Below are positions 8,332-17,578 of a stretch of 49,348 nt of DNA, one piece after another (position 1 is the first letter of the stretch; the number at the start of each line of letters is the position of its first letter). The DNA lies in the NCBI GenBank assembly GCA_046539045.1, contig JBKHHU010000001.1, forward strand, positions 1-49,348, written 5' to 3'. This DNA is from Phycisphaerae bacterium (GTDB lineage Bacteria > Planctomycetota > Phycisphaerae > SM23-33). A program made the position numbers and the translations under genes. The notes beneath the pieces are model-generated. The model saw only the letters and a list, made by a program, of their open reading frames with translations. It ran no database searches and was not told the DNA's origin.

Positions 8332-9597
8332 ATGGACACGTTTGTTATCAAAGGCGGGGCAAGGCTCAAGGGCGAGATCGACATCAGCGGGGCGAAGAAC
8401 TCGGCCCTGCCTCTGCTGGCGGCATCGTTGCTGGCCGAGGGGCCCAGCACATTCCAGCGGGTGCCCGACCTGGCCGACATCCGGGCAATGATCGACCTGA
8501 TGCAGGATCTCGGCGCGTCGGTCAATCGCGACTCCGAAGGAAAAATCCGCGTCTGCGTTGAGGATGAATCTCATTCCCACGCCCAGTACGACCGCGTCCG
8601 CAAGATGCGGGCAAGCATCTGCGTGCTCGGTCCCTTGCTGGCCAAGCGACGCAAGGCACGGGTTTCGATGCCCGGCGGATGCGCCATTGGTGCCCGGCCG
8701 GTCGATCTGCACCTCCGCGGGCTCAAGGCGTTGGGTGCGGAAATCACGCTGGAAGGCGGAGACATCATCGCCACCACCCGCGGCCTGCGGGGCGCCAACG
8801 TTTTCCTGGGCGGCCCGTTCGGCTCAACCGTTCTGGGGACCGCCAACGTCATGATGGCCGCCACTCTGGCGGAGGGCACCACACTGATCGAGTGTGCGGC
8901 CTGCGAACCGGAAATCCAGGACCTGGCCGACTATCTCAACAAGATGGGAGCCCACATCGAGGGCGCAGGTAGTCCCCGGATCATCATCGAAGGTGTGGAC
9001 CAACTCAGCGGCTGTGAGCACCGCGTCATCCCCGACCGTATCGAAGCGGGCACCTTCATGATCGCCGCGGCCATCACCAACGGGGACCTTCGGATCAAGG
9101 ACGTCCGCATGGATCACATGATGGCCGTGGTGGATAAACTGCGCCAGATCGGGGTCATCGTTGAGGAGGACAGCGGGTCGCTGGCGGTGTCGTCCTCCCG
9201 TCGACTGGAGCCGATCGACGTGACCACCCAGCCGTACCCGGGATTTCCCACCGATCTGCAGGCCCAGTTGATGACGCTGCTGTGCCTTGCCGACGGAAAC
9301 AGCGTGATCACCGAAAAGATTTTCCCGGACCGTTTCATGCATGTTCCGGAACTGCTGCGGATGGGTGCGGACATTCGCAAGGAAGGCCCTACCGCGATCG
9401 TCACCGGTGTGAAGCGTCTGATCGGGGCCCCGGTGATGGCCAGCGACCTCCGCGCCTCGGCTGCGCTGGTGCTTGCCGGACTGATCGCCCGCGGAACCAC
9501 GGTGATCAACCGCGTCTATCACATCGACCGCGGGTACGAAACCATCGAGAAGAAGCTGCGCGGTCTGGCCGCGAAGATCCAGCGAGCGTCCGATTAA
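8332..9597 (+). CDS. murA: UDP-N-acetylglucosamine 1-carboxyvinyltransferase
   Basis: 421 aa. Full-length MurA signature (ISGAKNSALPLLAASLL, active-site loop MPGGCAIGARPVDLH, HIDRGYE). Confidence 0.95.
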   Translation: MDTFVIKGGARLKGEIDISGAKNSALPLLAASLLAEGPSTFQRVPDLADIRAMIDLMQDLGASVNRDSEGKIRVCVEDESHSHAQYDRVRKMRASICVLGPLLAKRRKARVSMPGGCAIGARPVDLHLRGLKALGAEITLEGGDIIATTRGLRGANVFLGGPFGSTVLGTANVMMAATLAEGTTLIECAACEPEIQDLADYLNKMGAHIEGAGSPRIIIEGVDQLSGCEHRVIPDRIEAGTFMIAAAITNGDLRIKDVRMDHMMAVVDKLRQIGVIVEEDSGSLAVSSSRRLEPIDVTTQPYPGFPTDLQAQLMTLLCLADGNSVITEKIFPDRFMHVPELLRMGADIRKEGPTAIVTGVKRLIGAPVMASDLRASAALVLAGLIARGTTVINRVYHIDRGYETIEKKLRGLAAKIQRASD

Positions 9598-9733
9598 GCA
9601 CTGCCCGGGGCAAACAAGCTCCTCCGACTTCTGATCGCTGTTAAGACAGACGGCGGCACTAGCTGCCCGCGATTGGTCCGGTCTTCGAGGCCGCATCTGC
9701 GAGCCGTCGGCGCGGGAAACGATTAAATCCCGC

Positions 9734-9762
9734 TTGAACCCAGACGCGTCGAGGCTCATAAT
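9734..9762 (+). promoter_or_regulatory. candidate sigma70-type promoter for the zinc-ribbon/RNase H pair
   Basis: TTGAAC - 17 nt - CATAAT, about 40 nt upstream of the ATG at 9803. Confidence 0.4.
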
Positions 9763-9802
9763 GTAGGGTCTTCATTGAATTCAAAAGTTAAGAGGGTCTT
9801 TC

Positions 9803-10546
9803 ATGGGACAGATGCTTGACGCCCTGCGACGGCTTCAGGATGTGGAACTCCAGTTGGCAACGGTTCGGCGACGGTTGCGTGTCCGCAGTCACTCCGTTCT
9901 GACTAGAGAAAATAAGATCAAGGAACTGCAGGAGCAGTTCGACGCACTACAGGAGCAGGTGACCTCTCGCCGCTCCGAATCGGACAAGCTGGAACTCGAC
10001 CTCAAGTCCAAGGATGAGAAGGTCAAGAAACTCCGCGAGAGCCTCAACCACGCCAAGACGAACAAAGAATACGCCGCCATCCTCACCGAGATGAACACTC
10101 TCAAGGCCGATAATGCCCGGATCGAGGAAGATACGCTGAAGATCATGTCCGACGTCGACTCCGAGAAGGAGCGGATGGAGGCGATCAAGCAGCAGATCGA
10201 CGAGCAGCAGAAGGCCCTTGAAGATGCCCGTGGTGAGAGCCAGAGCGAGATCGACCGGCTCAACAAGATGATCGAGCAACTGCAGATCAAGCGTAAAGAA
10301 GCGGCAGAGCCGATCGGCCGGGAGGAACTGGCGATTTTCGAACGCGTCGCCGAGCGGTACGATGGGGAAGCGATGGCTCCGATCGAGATCCATGGCAAAA
10401 AGGCCCCCTACGATTACATCTGCGGCGGGTGCTTCATGTCGCTCAATGCCGAGCAGGCCAACGTTCTTCGCACCCGCGACGAACTGCGCCAGTGCGATAG
10501 CTGCCACCGCATCCTGTATATGGAACCGGAAGAACAGCACGCCTGA
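9803..10546 (+). CDS. coiled-coil C4 zinc-ribbon protein (COG1579 / HP0958-like)
   Basis: 247 aa. Long heptad-rich coiled coil, then CGGC..(x25)..CDSC zinc ribbon. Confidence 0.8.
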   Translation: MGQMLDALRRLQDVELQLATVRRRLRVRSHSVLTRENKIKELQEQFDALQEQVTSRRSESDKLELDLKSKDEKVKKLRESLNHAKTNKEYAAILTEMNTLKADNARIEEDTLKIMSDVDSEKERMEAIKQQIDEQQKALEDARGESQSEIDRLNKMIEQLQIKRKEAAEPIGREELAIFERVAERYDGEAMAPIEIHGKKAPYDYICGGCFMSLNAEQANVLRTRDELRQCDSCHRILYMEPEEQHA

Positions 10547-10592
10547 AACAGTCCGCACGGATGCTACCAGCGCCACAGGGAGATCGGCCGCG

Positions 10593-11045
10593 ATGACAGA
10601 CTCGCCGCTCAGCGTAATCATGAATATCGACGGAGGAGCGCGCGGAAACCCCGGTCCGGCAGGGTGCGGGGTCGTCCTCCAGGAGGCACAGACCGGTGAC
10701 GTTATCCACGAAGCCGGGTACTTCATCGGTAAGGCGACCAACAACGTCGCCGAATACACCGCGCTGGTCAACGGCATGAAAACCGCTCGGATGCTCGGCG
10801 TCCGCGATCTGGTGGTCCTCAGCGATTCGCAACTCCTCGTCCGGCAGATGATCGGACAATACCGCGTCAAGAACGCCGGCCTCAAGCCGCTGTTCGAGGC
10901 GGCCAAGGACCTGGAGGATCAGTTCGAGGGCGTTATCTACAAGCACGTCCGACGCGAACTGAACAAGCAAGCCGACGCCCTGGCCAACCAGGCGATGAAC
11001 GCGAAGAAAAACGTCGAAGGCGCCGTCGATTTCGAACGTATGTAG
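10593..11045 (+). CDS. ribonuclease HI family protein
   Basis: Track ORF 10362..11045 trimmed to MTDSPLSV. DGGARGNPGPAG, NNVAEYTAL, SDSQLLVRQ and NKQADALAN carry the RNase H catalytic D/E/D/D positions. Confidence 0.8.
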   Translation: MTDSPLSVIMNIDGGARGNPGPAGCGVVLQEAQTGDVIHEAGYFIGKATNNVAEYTALVNGMKTARMLGVRDLVVLSDSQLLVRQMIGQYRVKNAGLKPLFEAAKDLEDQFEGVIYKHVRRELNKQADALANQAMNAKKNVEGAVDFERM

Positions 11046-11231
11046 GGTGGGATACCCCTCCGGCATCGGATGGGCTTATTTTCCCGTCGCTGTTTGGCTG
11101 CTCGTTCAGTGGAAGCCTGTAGCATCCGACAAGGCGACCGAATTGCTTGACGGACGCTGCCCGCCCTAAAGTCCTCACACGGATTTTTCAGAGGGCAAGT
11201 CGATCGCCGGTACGTACGAAAGGGCCCGGCC

Positions 11232-11715
11232 ATGAGTTCCGTGCCATCCGCACTGTCACCCCGAACTAAACCCAAGCCGTCCGGAAAATGGTACTGGCTG
11301 GCTGTGGGTATTCTGCTGCTGACGATCATCCTGACAGTGATCGCCGGGCTCCGGGCCGCCGATGGCTTCGGTGAGGTTCAGGAGGCCGTTTCGATGGACG
11401 AATGTCGGACCCCCGGACAGACCGATGTCCATCTGGACGAGCCGGGAACCTATGCTCTCTATGAGCGTACCGACATGGGACAACAGGTGATTCCCGGTGA
11501 GATCGGTCACAGATGTCGAAGCCGATCGCAACATCCCCTCGCAGACGTATACTTCAGAGAGTATGAGCAGCAATGGCGTGTCGTATCGCAGCTTGGCCCG
11601 GCTCCGAGTACCGGGTGAAGGTTTCTCTGGCCCCGGGCGTTTGTTTGGAACGGAACAGAACCGCACGCAGTGGAAAGTAAGCAACGTGGTGGGTCAGGAG
11701 ACCCACCACGCGTAG
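11232..11715 (+). pseudogene. possible frameshifted membrane-anchored hypothetical gene
   Basis: ORF 11232..11618 has an N-terminal TM (WYWLAVGILLLTIILTVIAGL). Around 11500 it degenerates into an Arg/Ser string, while ORF 11497..11715 in another frame continues with protein-like sequence. The second ORF runs into a REP palindrome. Confidence 0.35.
11685..11710. repeat. REP-like palindrome copy (CGTGGTGGGTC AGGA GACCCACCACG)
   Basis: Perfect 11-bp stem with a 4-nt loop. Same core as the copies at 22135-22160, 22207-22230 and 35407-35434. Confidence 0.8.
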
Positions 11716-11812
11716 AAGAAACGCGACCCGCTTGGCAGGAGCCCACACGGCGACCAACCAGCCAACCATTTAGCCGATTACCAGTTAACCAAGCAACCCG
11801 TTATCCAATCAG

Positions 11813-13660
11813 TTGACCAGTCAACCAGCTGATCAGGTGCCAACAAACGTGCCGTTATTCTCCGAACAATTCATTCAGCAGGTGGCCCAGGCGACGGACA
11901 TCGTCGAGCTGGTCGGCCAGTATGTTGCGCTGAAGCGGAAGGGCAAGGAGTTCGTGGGGCTCTGTCCGTTCCACGACGATCGCTCGCCCTCCATGTACGT
12001 CACTCCGGTCAAGCAGATCTACAAGTGCTTCGCGTGCGGAGCCGGCGGGGGTGTGTACCAGTTCGTGATGAATTACGAGAAGCTGAGTTTCCCCGAAGCG
12101 GTGCGCATGCTGGCGGAGCGCGCGAGCATTCCGATCCCGCAGGACGCGCAGGCCCAGCCGACGGCGCCGGGGCAATTGCCGCGGGCGGAATTGATAAAGG
12201 TTTGTGAATTTGCTGCGAACTACTTTCAGCGGCAGCTGAAATCGCCGATTGGTAACAATGCGCTGGCATACGCACGCTCCCGCGGCCTGGACGACGCCGC
12301 GATAGAGAAATTCGGGATCGGCTACGCGCCGGAAAGCTGGGAAGGACTCATCCGCGCCGCACAGCAGGCGGGGGTTCACACCAACGCGCTGCTGCAGGCG
12401 GGGCTGGTGATCAACCGCGACAACAAGCCCGGCTGTTACGACCGTTTCCGTAACCGGCTGATGTTTCCGATCTTCGACGCGATGGGGCGGAACATTGCCT
12501 TTGGCGGAAGGGCCTTAAGTGCCGATGACAAAGCCAAGTACCTCAACTCGCCGGAGACGGCGATTTTCGACAAGTCCGGAAACCTGTACGGGCTGAACTG
12601 GGCCAGGCACGAAATTGCCCAGTCCGGTAAGGCGGTCGTGGCAGAGGGGTATTTTGACGTGGTCATGCCTCACCAGGCGGGCGTAGGCAACCTGGTGGCG
12701 ACACTGGGCACCGCGCTGACCGATAGGCACGTGCGCCTGCTGAGCCGATACGCCGAGGAAGTGACGTTGATTTTCGATGCCGACGAGGCAGGGATCCGGG
12801 CCGCAGAGCGCGCACTGGAAGTGTTCATCGCCCAGCGGATCCAGGTGAAGGTGGCCACAATTGCCGCGGGCAAAGACCCGTGCGATTACGTGCTGAGCGA
12901 AGGGCCCGAGGCGCTGAAAGCCCTGATCGACAGCGCACCGGACGCGCTGGAATACGTCTGGAAGCGGAAACAGGAACAGTTGCGGCAGGCCGGAGACAAC
13001 CTGGCCGGTCGCAGGCAGATTGTGGAGGATTTCCTTCGTCTGGTCGTCTCCTCCGAAGCGTATGGGTCGATCGATCAGATGCGGCGCGGGCAACTGGCTC
13101 AGCACATTGCGCACCTGCTGAATGTTTCGCCGGCGGATCTGCAGCAGATGATGCGACAGCTGTCCCGGCGGACGACCACTCGGAGTCGGGTATCGCCGGA
13201 CCAGCAGCAGATTGCCAACGCCCGGCCGCAGGGATGGAGGCCGGACAACACAACGTACCTGGCCGAGCGGCATATACTGGAAGTGTTGCTGAACCGCGAA
13301 GGGCTGTATGAAACGGCAGCAGAGCGGGTCGGCCCGGAAGACTTTACGGATCCGGCGTTGCGCCTGATCGCCCAGTGCATCTGGAGGCTCGGCGACGACG
13401 GCAGGTTCTCTCTGGATGAGCTTCTTGCCAGTTCGGAGATGGCGAGCCTCGGCGGGTTGATTTCCGACCTGGCGACCGAGGGGGAGAAGCGCGGAAACTT
13501 CGACCAGACCCTTGCCGGCGGGTTGGCTCACCTGGGCTATCTGAATGAAAAGAGAACCCCGGGCGGAGGGTCGGGGAACTCATTGGACGACGAAGCGCTC
13601 CGGCGGATCCACGAGAGCAAGGCAAACCCGGACGTCAGGCGACTGCCAAAAATCAGGTAA
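11813..13660 (+). CDS. dnaG: DNA primase
   Basis: 615 aa. CHC2 zinc finger (CPFHDDRSPSMYV..YKCFACGAGG) and a TOPRIM region (VVAEGYFDV.., IFDADEAGIRA). The start is uncertain: TTG 11813, GTG 11837 or GTG 11849. Confidence 0.9.
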   Translation: MTSQPADQVPTNVPLFSEQFIQQVAQATDIVELVGQYVALKRKGKEFVGLCPFHDDRSPSMYVTPVKQIYKCFACGAGGGVYQFVMNYEKLSFPEAVRMLAERASIPIPQDAQAQPTAPGQLPRAELIKVCEFAANYFQRQLKSPIGNNALAYARSRGLDDAAIEKFGIGYAPESWEGLIRAAQQAGVHTNALLQAGLVINRDNKPGCYDRFRNRLMFPIFDAMGRNIAFGGRALSADDKAKYLNSPETAIFDKSGNLYGLNWARHEIAQSGKAVVAEGYFDVVMPHQAGVGNLVATLGTALTDRHVRLLSRYAEEVTLIFDADEAGIRAAERALEVFIAQRIQVKVATIAAGKDPCDYVLSEGPEALKALIDSAPDALEYVWKRKQEQLRQAGDNLAGRRQIVEDFLRLVVSSEAYGSIDQMRRGQLAQHIAHLLNVSPADLQQMMRQLSRRTTTRSRVSPDQQQIANARPQGWRPDNTTYLAERHILEVLLNREGLYETAAERVGPEDFTDPALRLIAQCIWRLGDDGRFSLDELLASSEMASLGGLISDLATEGEKRGNFDQTLAGGLAHLGYLNEKRTPGGGSGNSLDDEALRRIHESKANPDVRRLPKIR

Positions 13661-13754
13661 ACCTCGCTTGTTCCCGGGTGTCTAATGTAATATAGTAGCG
13701 GATTACTCTGAACATTGTGTGGCACCACGTAGTTCCAGCCAGGAGTGCGTTTGA

Positions 13755-15410
13755 ATGGCCGATACGTATGATGCCAGCGTCAAAAACATTATAACCCTCG
13801 GTAAAAAAAGAGGGTACCTCACCTATGAAGAGATGAATGAAGAGCTGCCCGACGAGTCGGTCTCGCCGGATAAGCTTGATTCTCTTCTGATGATGCTGGA
13901 CGAGCTTGGTATCGAATTGATGGACGAATCCAGCGTTGAGGCGCGGGAAAGTTTCGAGGATGCGTCCGAAGACACGAAAGACAGCTCGGACGACAGTTCC
14001 GGTTCCGCTCTCGACGTCGACACCAAGCGGATTGATGACCCGGTCCGCATGTACCTCACCCAGATGGGCGAGATCCCGCTGCTGACCAGGCCCGAAGAAA
14101 TTGCGCTGGCGAAGAAAATCGAAATGACCCGCATGCATTTCCGCAGGCGCGTGCTGGAGAGCGATTACAGCATCCAGCAGGCCGTGGAGATCCTCACGCA
14201 GGTCCACAACGGCGACCTGCCCTTCGACCGTACGATGAAGATTTCCACCGCGGAAAACCTCTCCAAGGAAACCATCACCGAGCGGATGCCCGCCAATCTG
14301 GAGACGCTCAACAGCATCATCAGGGCGAACATCCAGGACTGGGACACCGCAAAAGATCCCCAGCAATCCGAGGATGTCCGCGCCAAGGCGCGCAAATCGC
14401 TCTGGCGCCGTCGACGACGTGCTGCCAAATTGATGGAAGAGCTCTCGCTGCGGACCAGCAAGATCCAGCCGCTGATGAAGAAGCTCGAGCACATCTCCCA
14501 GAAGATGGGCGAGTTGCGCCGGGCGATCGACTCTGGCGAGGACAACGACACCCCACCCGAAGATGTGGAAGTGATGCGGGAAGAGCTGTCCGGTATGACC
14601 GACCTGGTGCTGGAAGAGCCCGAGGTGCTCAAGAAGCGCGTCAAGGCGATCCAGAAGGTGTTCAACGACTATGAGCAGGCCAAGCGGGAACTGTCCGGCG
14701 GAAACCTGCGACTGGTTGTCTCGATCGCCAAGAAATACCGCAATCGCGGCCTGAGCTTCCTGGACATCATCCAGGAAGGCAACACCGGCCTGATGCGGGC
14801 GGTGGACAAGTACGAGTACCGCCGCGGGTACAAATTCAGCACGTACGCGACCTGGTGGATCCGCCAGGCGATCACCCGCGCCATCGCCGATCACGCACGG
14901 ACCATTCGAATCCCGGTCCACATGATCGAGACGATGAGCAAGCTGAGGAACATCTCCAAGCGGCTGGTGCAGGAACTCGGCAGGGAACCCAGCATCGAAG
15001 AAATTGCCAAGGAAGCCGGTATGAGCGTCTCCGAAGCGCGGCGCGTCATGAAGATTTCCCGTCATCCGATCAGCCTTGATCGCCCGGTTGGTGAGAGCGA
15101 GGACAGCTTCTTCGGCGACTTCATCGAAGATGAGACCGCCGACGATCCGGTCGAGAGCGCCGGAAACGAAATGCTCAAGGACCGTATCGAGGAAGTACTT
15201 CGCACGCTGACGTATCGCGAGCGTGAAATCATCAAGTTGCGGTACGGCATCGGCGATGGCTACACCTATACGCTGGAAGAAGTTGGGCGCATCTTCAAGG
15301 TCACCCGCGAACGCGTCCGACAAGTCGAAGCCAAGGCCATCCGCAAGCTGCAACACCCGGTCCGGGCCCGGAAACTGGAAGGTTTCCTGGATAGTGGTGA
15401 AGGCGAATAG
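13755..15410 (+). CDS. rpoD: RNA polymerase primary sigma factor (sigma-70)
   Basis: 551 aa. Region 1.1-like acidic N-terminus, region 2 ([41 protein letters not shown]), region 4 ([27 protein letters not shown]). Confidence 0.95.
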   Translation: MADTYDASVKNIITLGKKRGYLTYEEMNEELPDESVSPDKLDSLLMMLDELGIELMDESSVEARESFEDASEDTKDSSDDSSGSALDVDTKRIDDPVRMYLTQMGEIPLLTRPEEIALAKKIEMTRMHFRRRVLESDYSIQQAVEILTQVHNGDLPFDRTMKISTAENLSKETITERMPANLETLNSIIRANIQDWDTAKDPQQSEDVRAKARKSLWRRRRRAAKLMEELSLRTSKIQPLMKKLEHISQKMGELRRAIDSGEDNDTPPEDVEVMREELSGMTDLVLEEPEVLKKRVKAIQKVFNDYEQAKRELSGGNLRLVVSIAKKYRNRGLSFLDIIQEGNTGLMRAVDKYEYRRGYKFSTYATWWIRQAITRAIADHARTIRIPVHMIETMSKLRNISKRLVQELGREPSIEEIAKEAGMSVSEARRVMKISRHPISLDRPVGESEDSFFGDFIEDETADDPVESAGNEMLKDRIEEVLRTLTYREREIIKLRYGIGDGYTYTLEEVGRIFKVTRERVRQVEAKAIRKLQHPVRARKLEGFLDSGEGE

Positions 15411-15437
15411 AGCACAATTGAGCTTGTGAAACCATCG

Positions 15438-15467
15438 AAAGGGCAGCCGGTCGGCTGCCCTTTCTCT
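15438..15467 (+). terminator. hairpin terminator downstream of rpoD
   Basis: AAAGGGCAGCC GGTC GGCTGCCCTTT followed by CTCT. 11-bp stem. The T-tract is short. Confidence 0.55.
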
Positions 15468-15666
15468 ATAGAGCCTGCCCGCGAGATGCCGTCGCGTCTC
15501 TCACAGTTGCACCTTTCTGCATGCTGTCAGAATTCCCAGTATTTGCTGAAAGCTGGATTTGCAGCTCATTCCGTTTAAGGTGGCCTCCTTGTGAGTCGAT
15601 GTTATTAATGCTTCCATGACTCTTCTTGCCGTCTGAGGCGAAGTCAGCCAAGTAAGGAATGGGGCA

Positions 15667-16713
15667 GTGCAGGATAACAAAGCGAACATTCTGGTAGTGG
15701 ACGATGAGCCGCAGATCAGTACGATGCTACGCAAGGCTTTGCTGGCAAGAGGTTTCGATTGCCTGGCTACTACTTCGTCAGCCAGGGCACGCCACCTGAT
15801 CGCCAGCGGCCGGTTCTCTGTTATCATCTCCGACATCTCCATGCCGGAATTCGACGGATTGAGACTCCTGGAGTACACCCGGGAACAATCTCCGTGGACG
15901 AAGGTCATCCTGGTGACCGGCCGGTCCAGCACGGAGGTGTTGGCAAAAGCTTTAAGTGCAGGTGCCCACGACTATTACGAGAAGCCGTTTGATATTCTGG
16001 AACTGATCGATGCTGTCGAGTCCGCCTTGGGAGAACAGGGCGATTGCGGAACCCTTCCGCTCCGGGCCGCCAAGGCCATCGAGATGGAGGACCGCTTCAA
16101 GCAGGCGGCGTTCGAGAGCATTCAGGTTCTGGTCCAGGCTGTGGAGGCAAAGGACCCGTACACCCGCAAGCACAGCGAGCAGGTGGCCCACTATGCTGTT
16201 CACATCTCGCGCCATCTCGCTGTACGGGAAGATCTTACAGATACCATCCGCATCGCGGCGCTGCTCCATGATATCGGGAAGATCGGCATTCCGGACCGGA
16301 TTCTGACCAAACCGGCCCGACTCACCGACGAGGAATTCGCGGAAATCCGGAAGCATCCCTCGCTCGGGGCGGAGATCTTGCGGAACGTCAGCATGTTCTG
16401 CGTGGAAGCCCAACTGGTGCGGTACCACCATGAGCGGTGGGACGGCCGGGGGTACAACGAAGGGCTCCAAGCCGAGGAAATCCCGTTCGGGGCAAGGCTT
16501 ATATGCGTCGCGGACTCGATCGATGCCATGCTCATGCGCCGAACTTACAAGGAACCATTCCCCGTGGAGAAGGTGCTGGACGAACTCGAGCGGGGCAGCG
16601 AAACGCAATTCGATCCGGAAATCGCCCTTGCCGCACGGGATTGGGTTCAGCAGCATCCGGAGATGCTGATCCAGCCGGGGAAGCTTGCGGAGAGCCTTGA
16701 GGAACTGCGGTAA
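15667..16713 (+). CDS. response regulator with HD-GYP-type phosphohydrolase output domain
   Basis: 348 aa, GTG start preceded by AAGGAA. REC domain (ILVVDDEP..DISMPEFDG..K). HD domain (HSEQVAHYAV, LLHDIGKIGIP, HHERWDGRGYNEGL, i.e. GYN in place of GYP). Confidence 0.85.
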   Translation: MQDNKANILVVDDEPQISTMLRKALLARGFDCLATTSSARARHLIASGRFSVIISDISMPEFDGLRLLEYTREQSPWTKVILVTGRSSTEVLAKALSAGAHDYYEKPFDILELIDAVESALGEQGDCGTLPLRAAKAIEMEDRFKQAAFESIQVLVQAVEAKDPYTRKHSEQVAHYAVHISRHLAVREDLTDTIRIAALLHDIGKIGIPDRILTKPARLTDEEFAEIRKHPSLGAEILRNVSMFCVEAQLVRYHHERWDGRGYNEGLQAEEIPFGARLICVADSIDAMLMRRTYKEPFPVEKVLDELERGSETQFDPEIALAARDWVQQHPEMLIQPGKLAESLEELR

Positions 16714-16799
16714 ACTGCCGAAAGGCAGCCAAGCCATCAGGGAATCCGTAGTCTCATATTCTTCCTCCCATCACCGAAGAAACCCTGATCAAAACCCTG

Positions 16800-16821
16800 A
16801 CTGACTGACCGGTCAGTCAGT
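16800..16821. promoter_or_regulatory. operator O1: 22-bp perfect palindrome ACTGACTGACCGGTCAGTCAGT
   Basis: Perfect dyad immediately upstream of the -35 hexamer of the TetR/RND promoter. It shares an 18-bp core with O2. Confidence 0.7.
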
Positions 16822-16827
16822 TTCCTC

Positions 16828-16855
16828 TTGATTCTTCCCCGCGATGGCTTACAAT
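16828..16855 (+). promoter_or_regulatory. candidate sigma70 promoter of the TetR-MFP-RND operon
   Basis: TTGATT - 16 nt - TACAAT, flanked by the two palindromic operators. Confidence 0.55.
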
Positions 16856-16862
16856 GCGTCTC

Positions 16863-16882
16863 GTGACTGACCGGTCAGTCAC
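16863..16882. promoter_or_regulatory. operator O2: 20-bp perfect palindrome GTGACTGACCGGTCAGTCAC
   Basis: Perfect dyad 7 nt downstream of the -10 hexamer, overlapping the expected transcription start. Confidence 0.7.
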
Positions 16883-16942
16883 CCAGTGTCCTTCCGGTTC
16901 GGCTCCTTCCGGGGCCTCAGCACGATCGGACGAATCCAGCCC

Positions 16943-17578
16943 ATGACCGAAAAGAACAGCAATCGCGGAGAGGAAATCCTTCGAGCGGCCGAGAACGTGT
17001 TCGTCGCTCACGGATACGCTGCTGCTACGATGGATCAGGTCGCCGCCGACGCAGGCATCTCAAAGGGTAGCCTGTATAACTATTTTGAGGGCAAGGAAGA
17101 CCTGTTCACCAAGCTCTGTCACTCCTGTCTGGACGAAGACCAGGCCGAGGTCGAGCGGCGGCTCGGCAGTGACGACTCTGCTGCCGACAAGCTCGACTGG
17201 CTCCTGGAACACTGGTACCGGATCCGCCAGGACTACCGCCAGCTCAGTTCCCTGATTATGGAATTCTGGGCGACCGCAGCCCGGCAGGGCCAGAGCGGCA
17301 AAATGAAGGAAGTCTTCAAGGAGAAGACCACTTTCTGGATCCGCCACATTGAGGCCATCCTCCGGCAGGGCGTGGCCTCGGGTGAGTTTCGCCCCTCGCT
17401 GGACGTGGAAGTCGCTACCCGCATGCTCCTGGCCATCGCCGACGGTGTGAATATCCAGGAAATCTTCGATATCGGCCTGAATGTCGACCGGGAGTTCTTC
17501 GACCGTCTCAAAAAGTCCATCATGCTGGGGCTCACGCCCGAGCCGAACGAGCCGCAGCATGTGAAAGGCAACCAATGA
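16943..17578 (+). CDS. TetR/AcrR family transcriptional regulator
   Basis: Track ORF 16886..17578 trimmed to MTEKNSNRGEEIL. HTH segment ATMDQVAADAGISKGSLYNYF. The stop overlaps the next start (ATGA). Confidence 0.85.
   Translation: MTEKNSNRGEEILRAAENVFVAHGYAAATMDQVAADAGISKGSLYNYFEGKEDLFTKLCHSCLDEDQAEVERRLGSDDSAADKLDWLLEHWYRIRQDYRQLSSLIMEFWATAARQGQSGKMKEVFKEKTTFWIRHIEAILRQGVASGEFRPSLDVEVATRMLLAIADGVNIQEIFDIGLNVDREFFDRLKKSIMLGLTPEPNEPQHVKGNQ

Noticed and set aside
13653-15356. 567-aa minus-strand ORF opposite rpoD
   Set aside because: It is an antisense shadow of rpoD. The same reasoning applies to 35391..37874(+), 38541..39296(+), 17233..18867(-), 19498..20679(-), 21355..22386(-), 22939..24855(+), 24669..25406(+), 25422..26258(+), 27014..28621(+), 29151..30263(+), 30202..31347(+), 8824..9759(-), 9947..10906(-), 12515..13531(-), 15952..16737(-), 31579..32181(-), 33498..34388(+), 39173..40231(+), 40459..41097(+), 44981..46468(+), 47147..48199(-) and 48186..49214(-).
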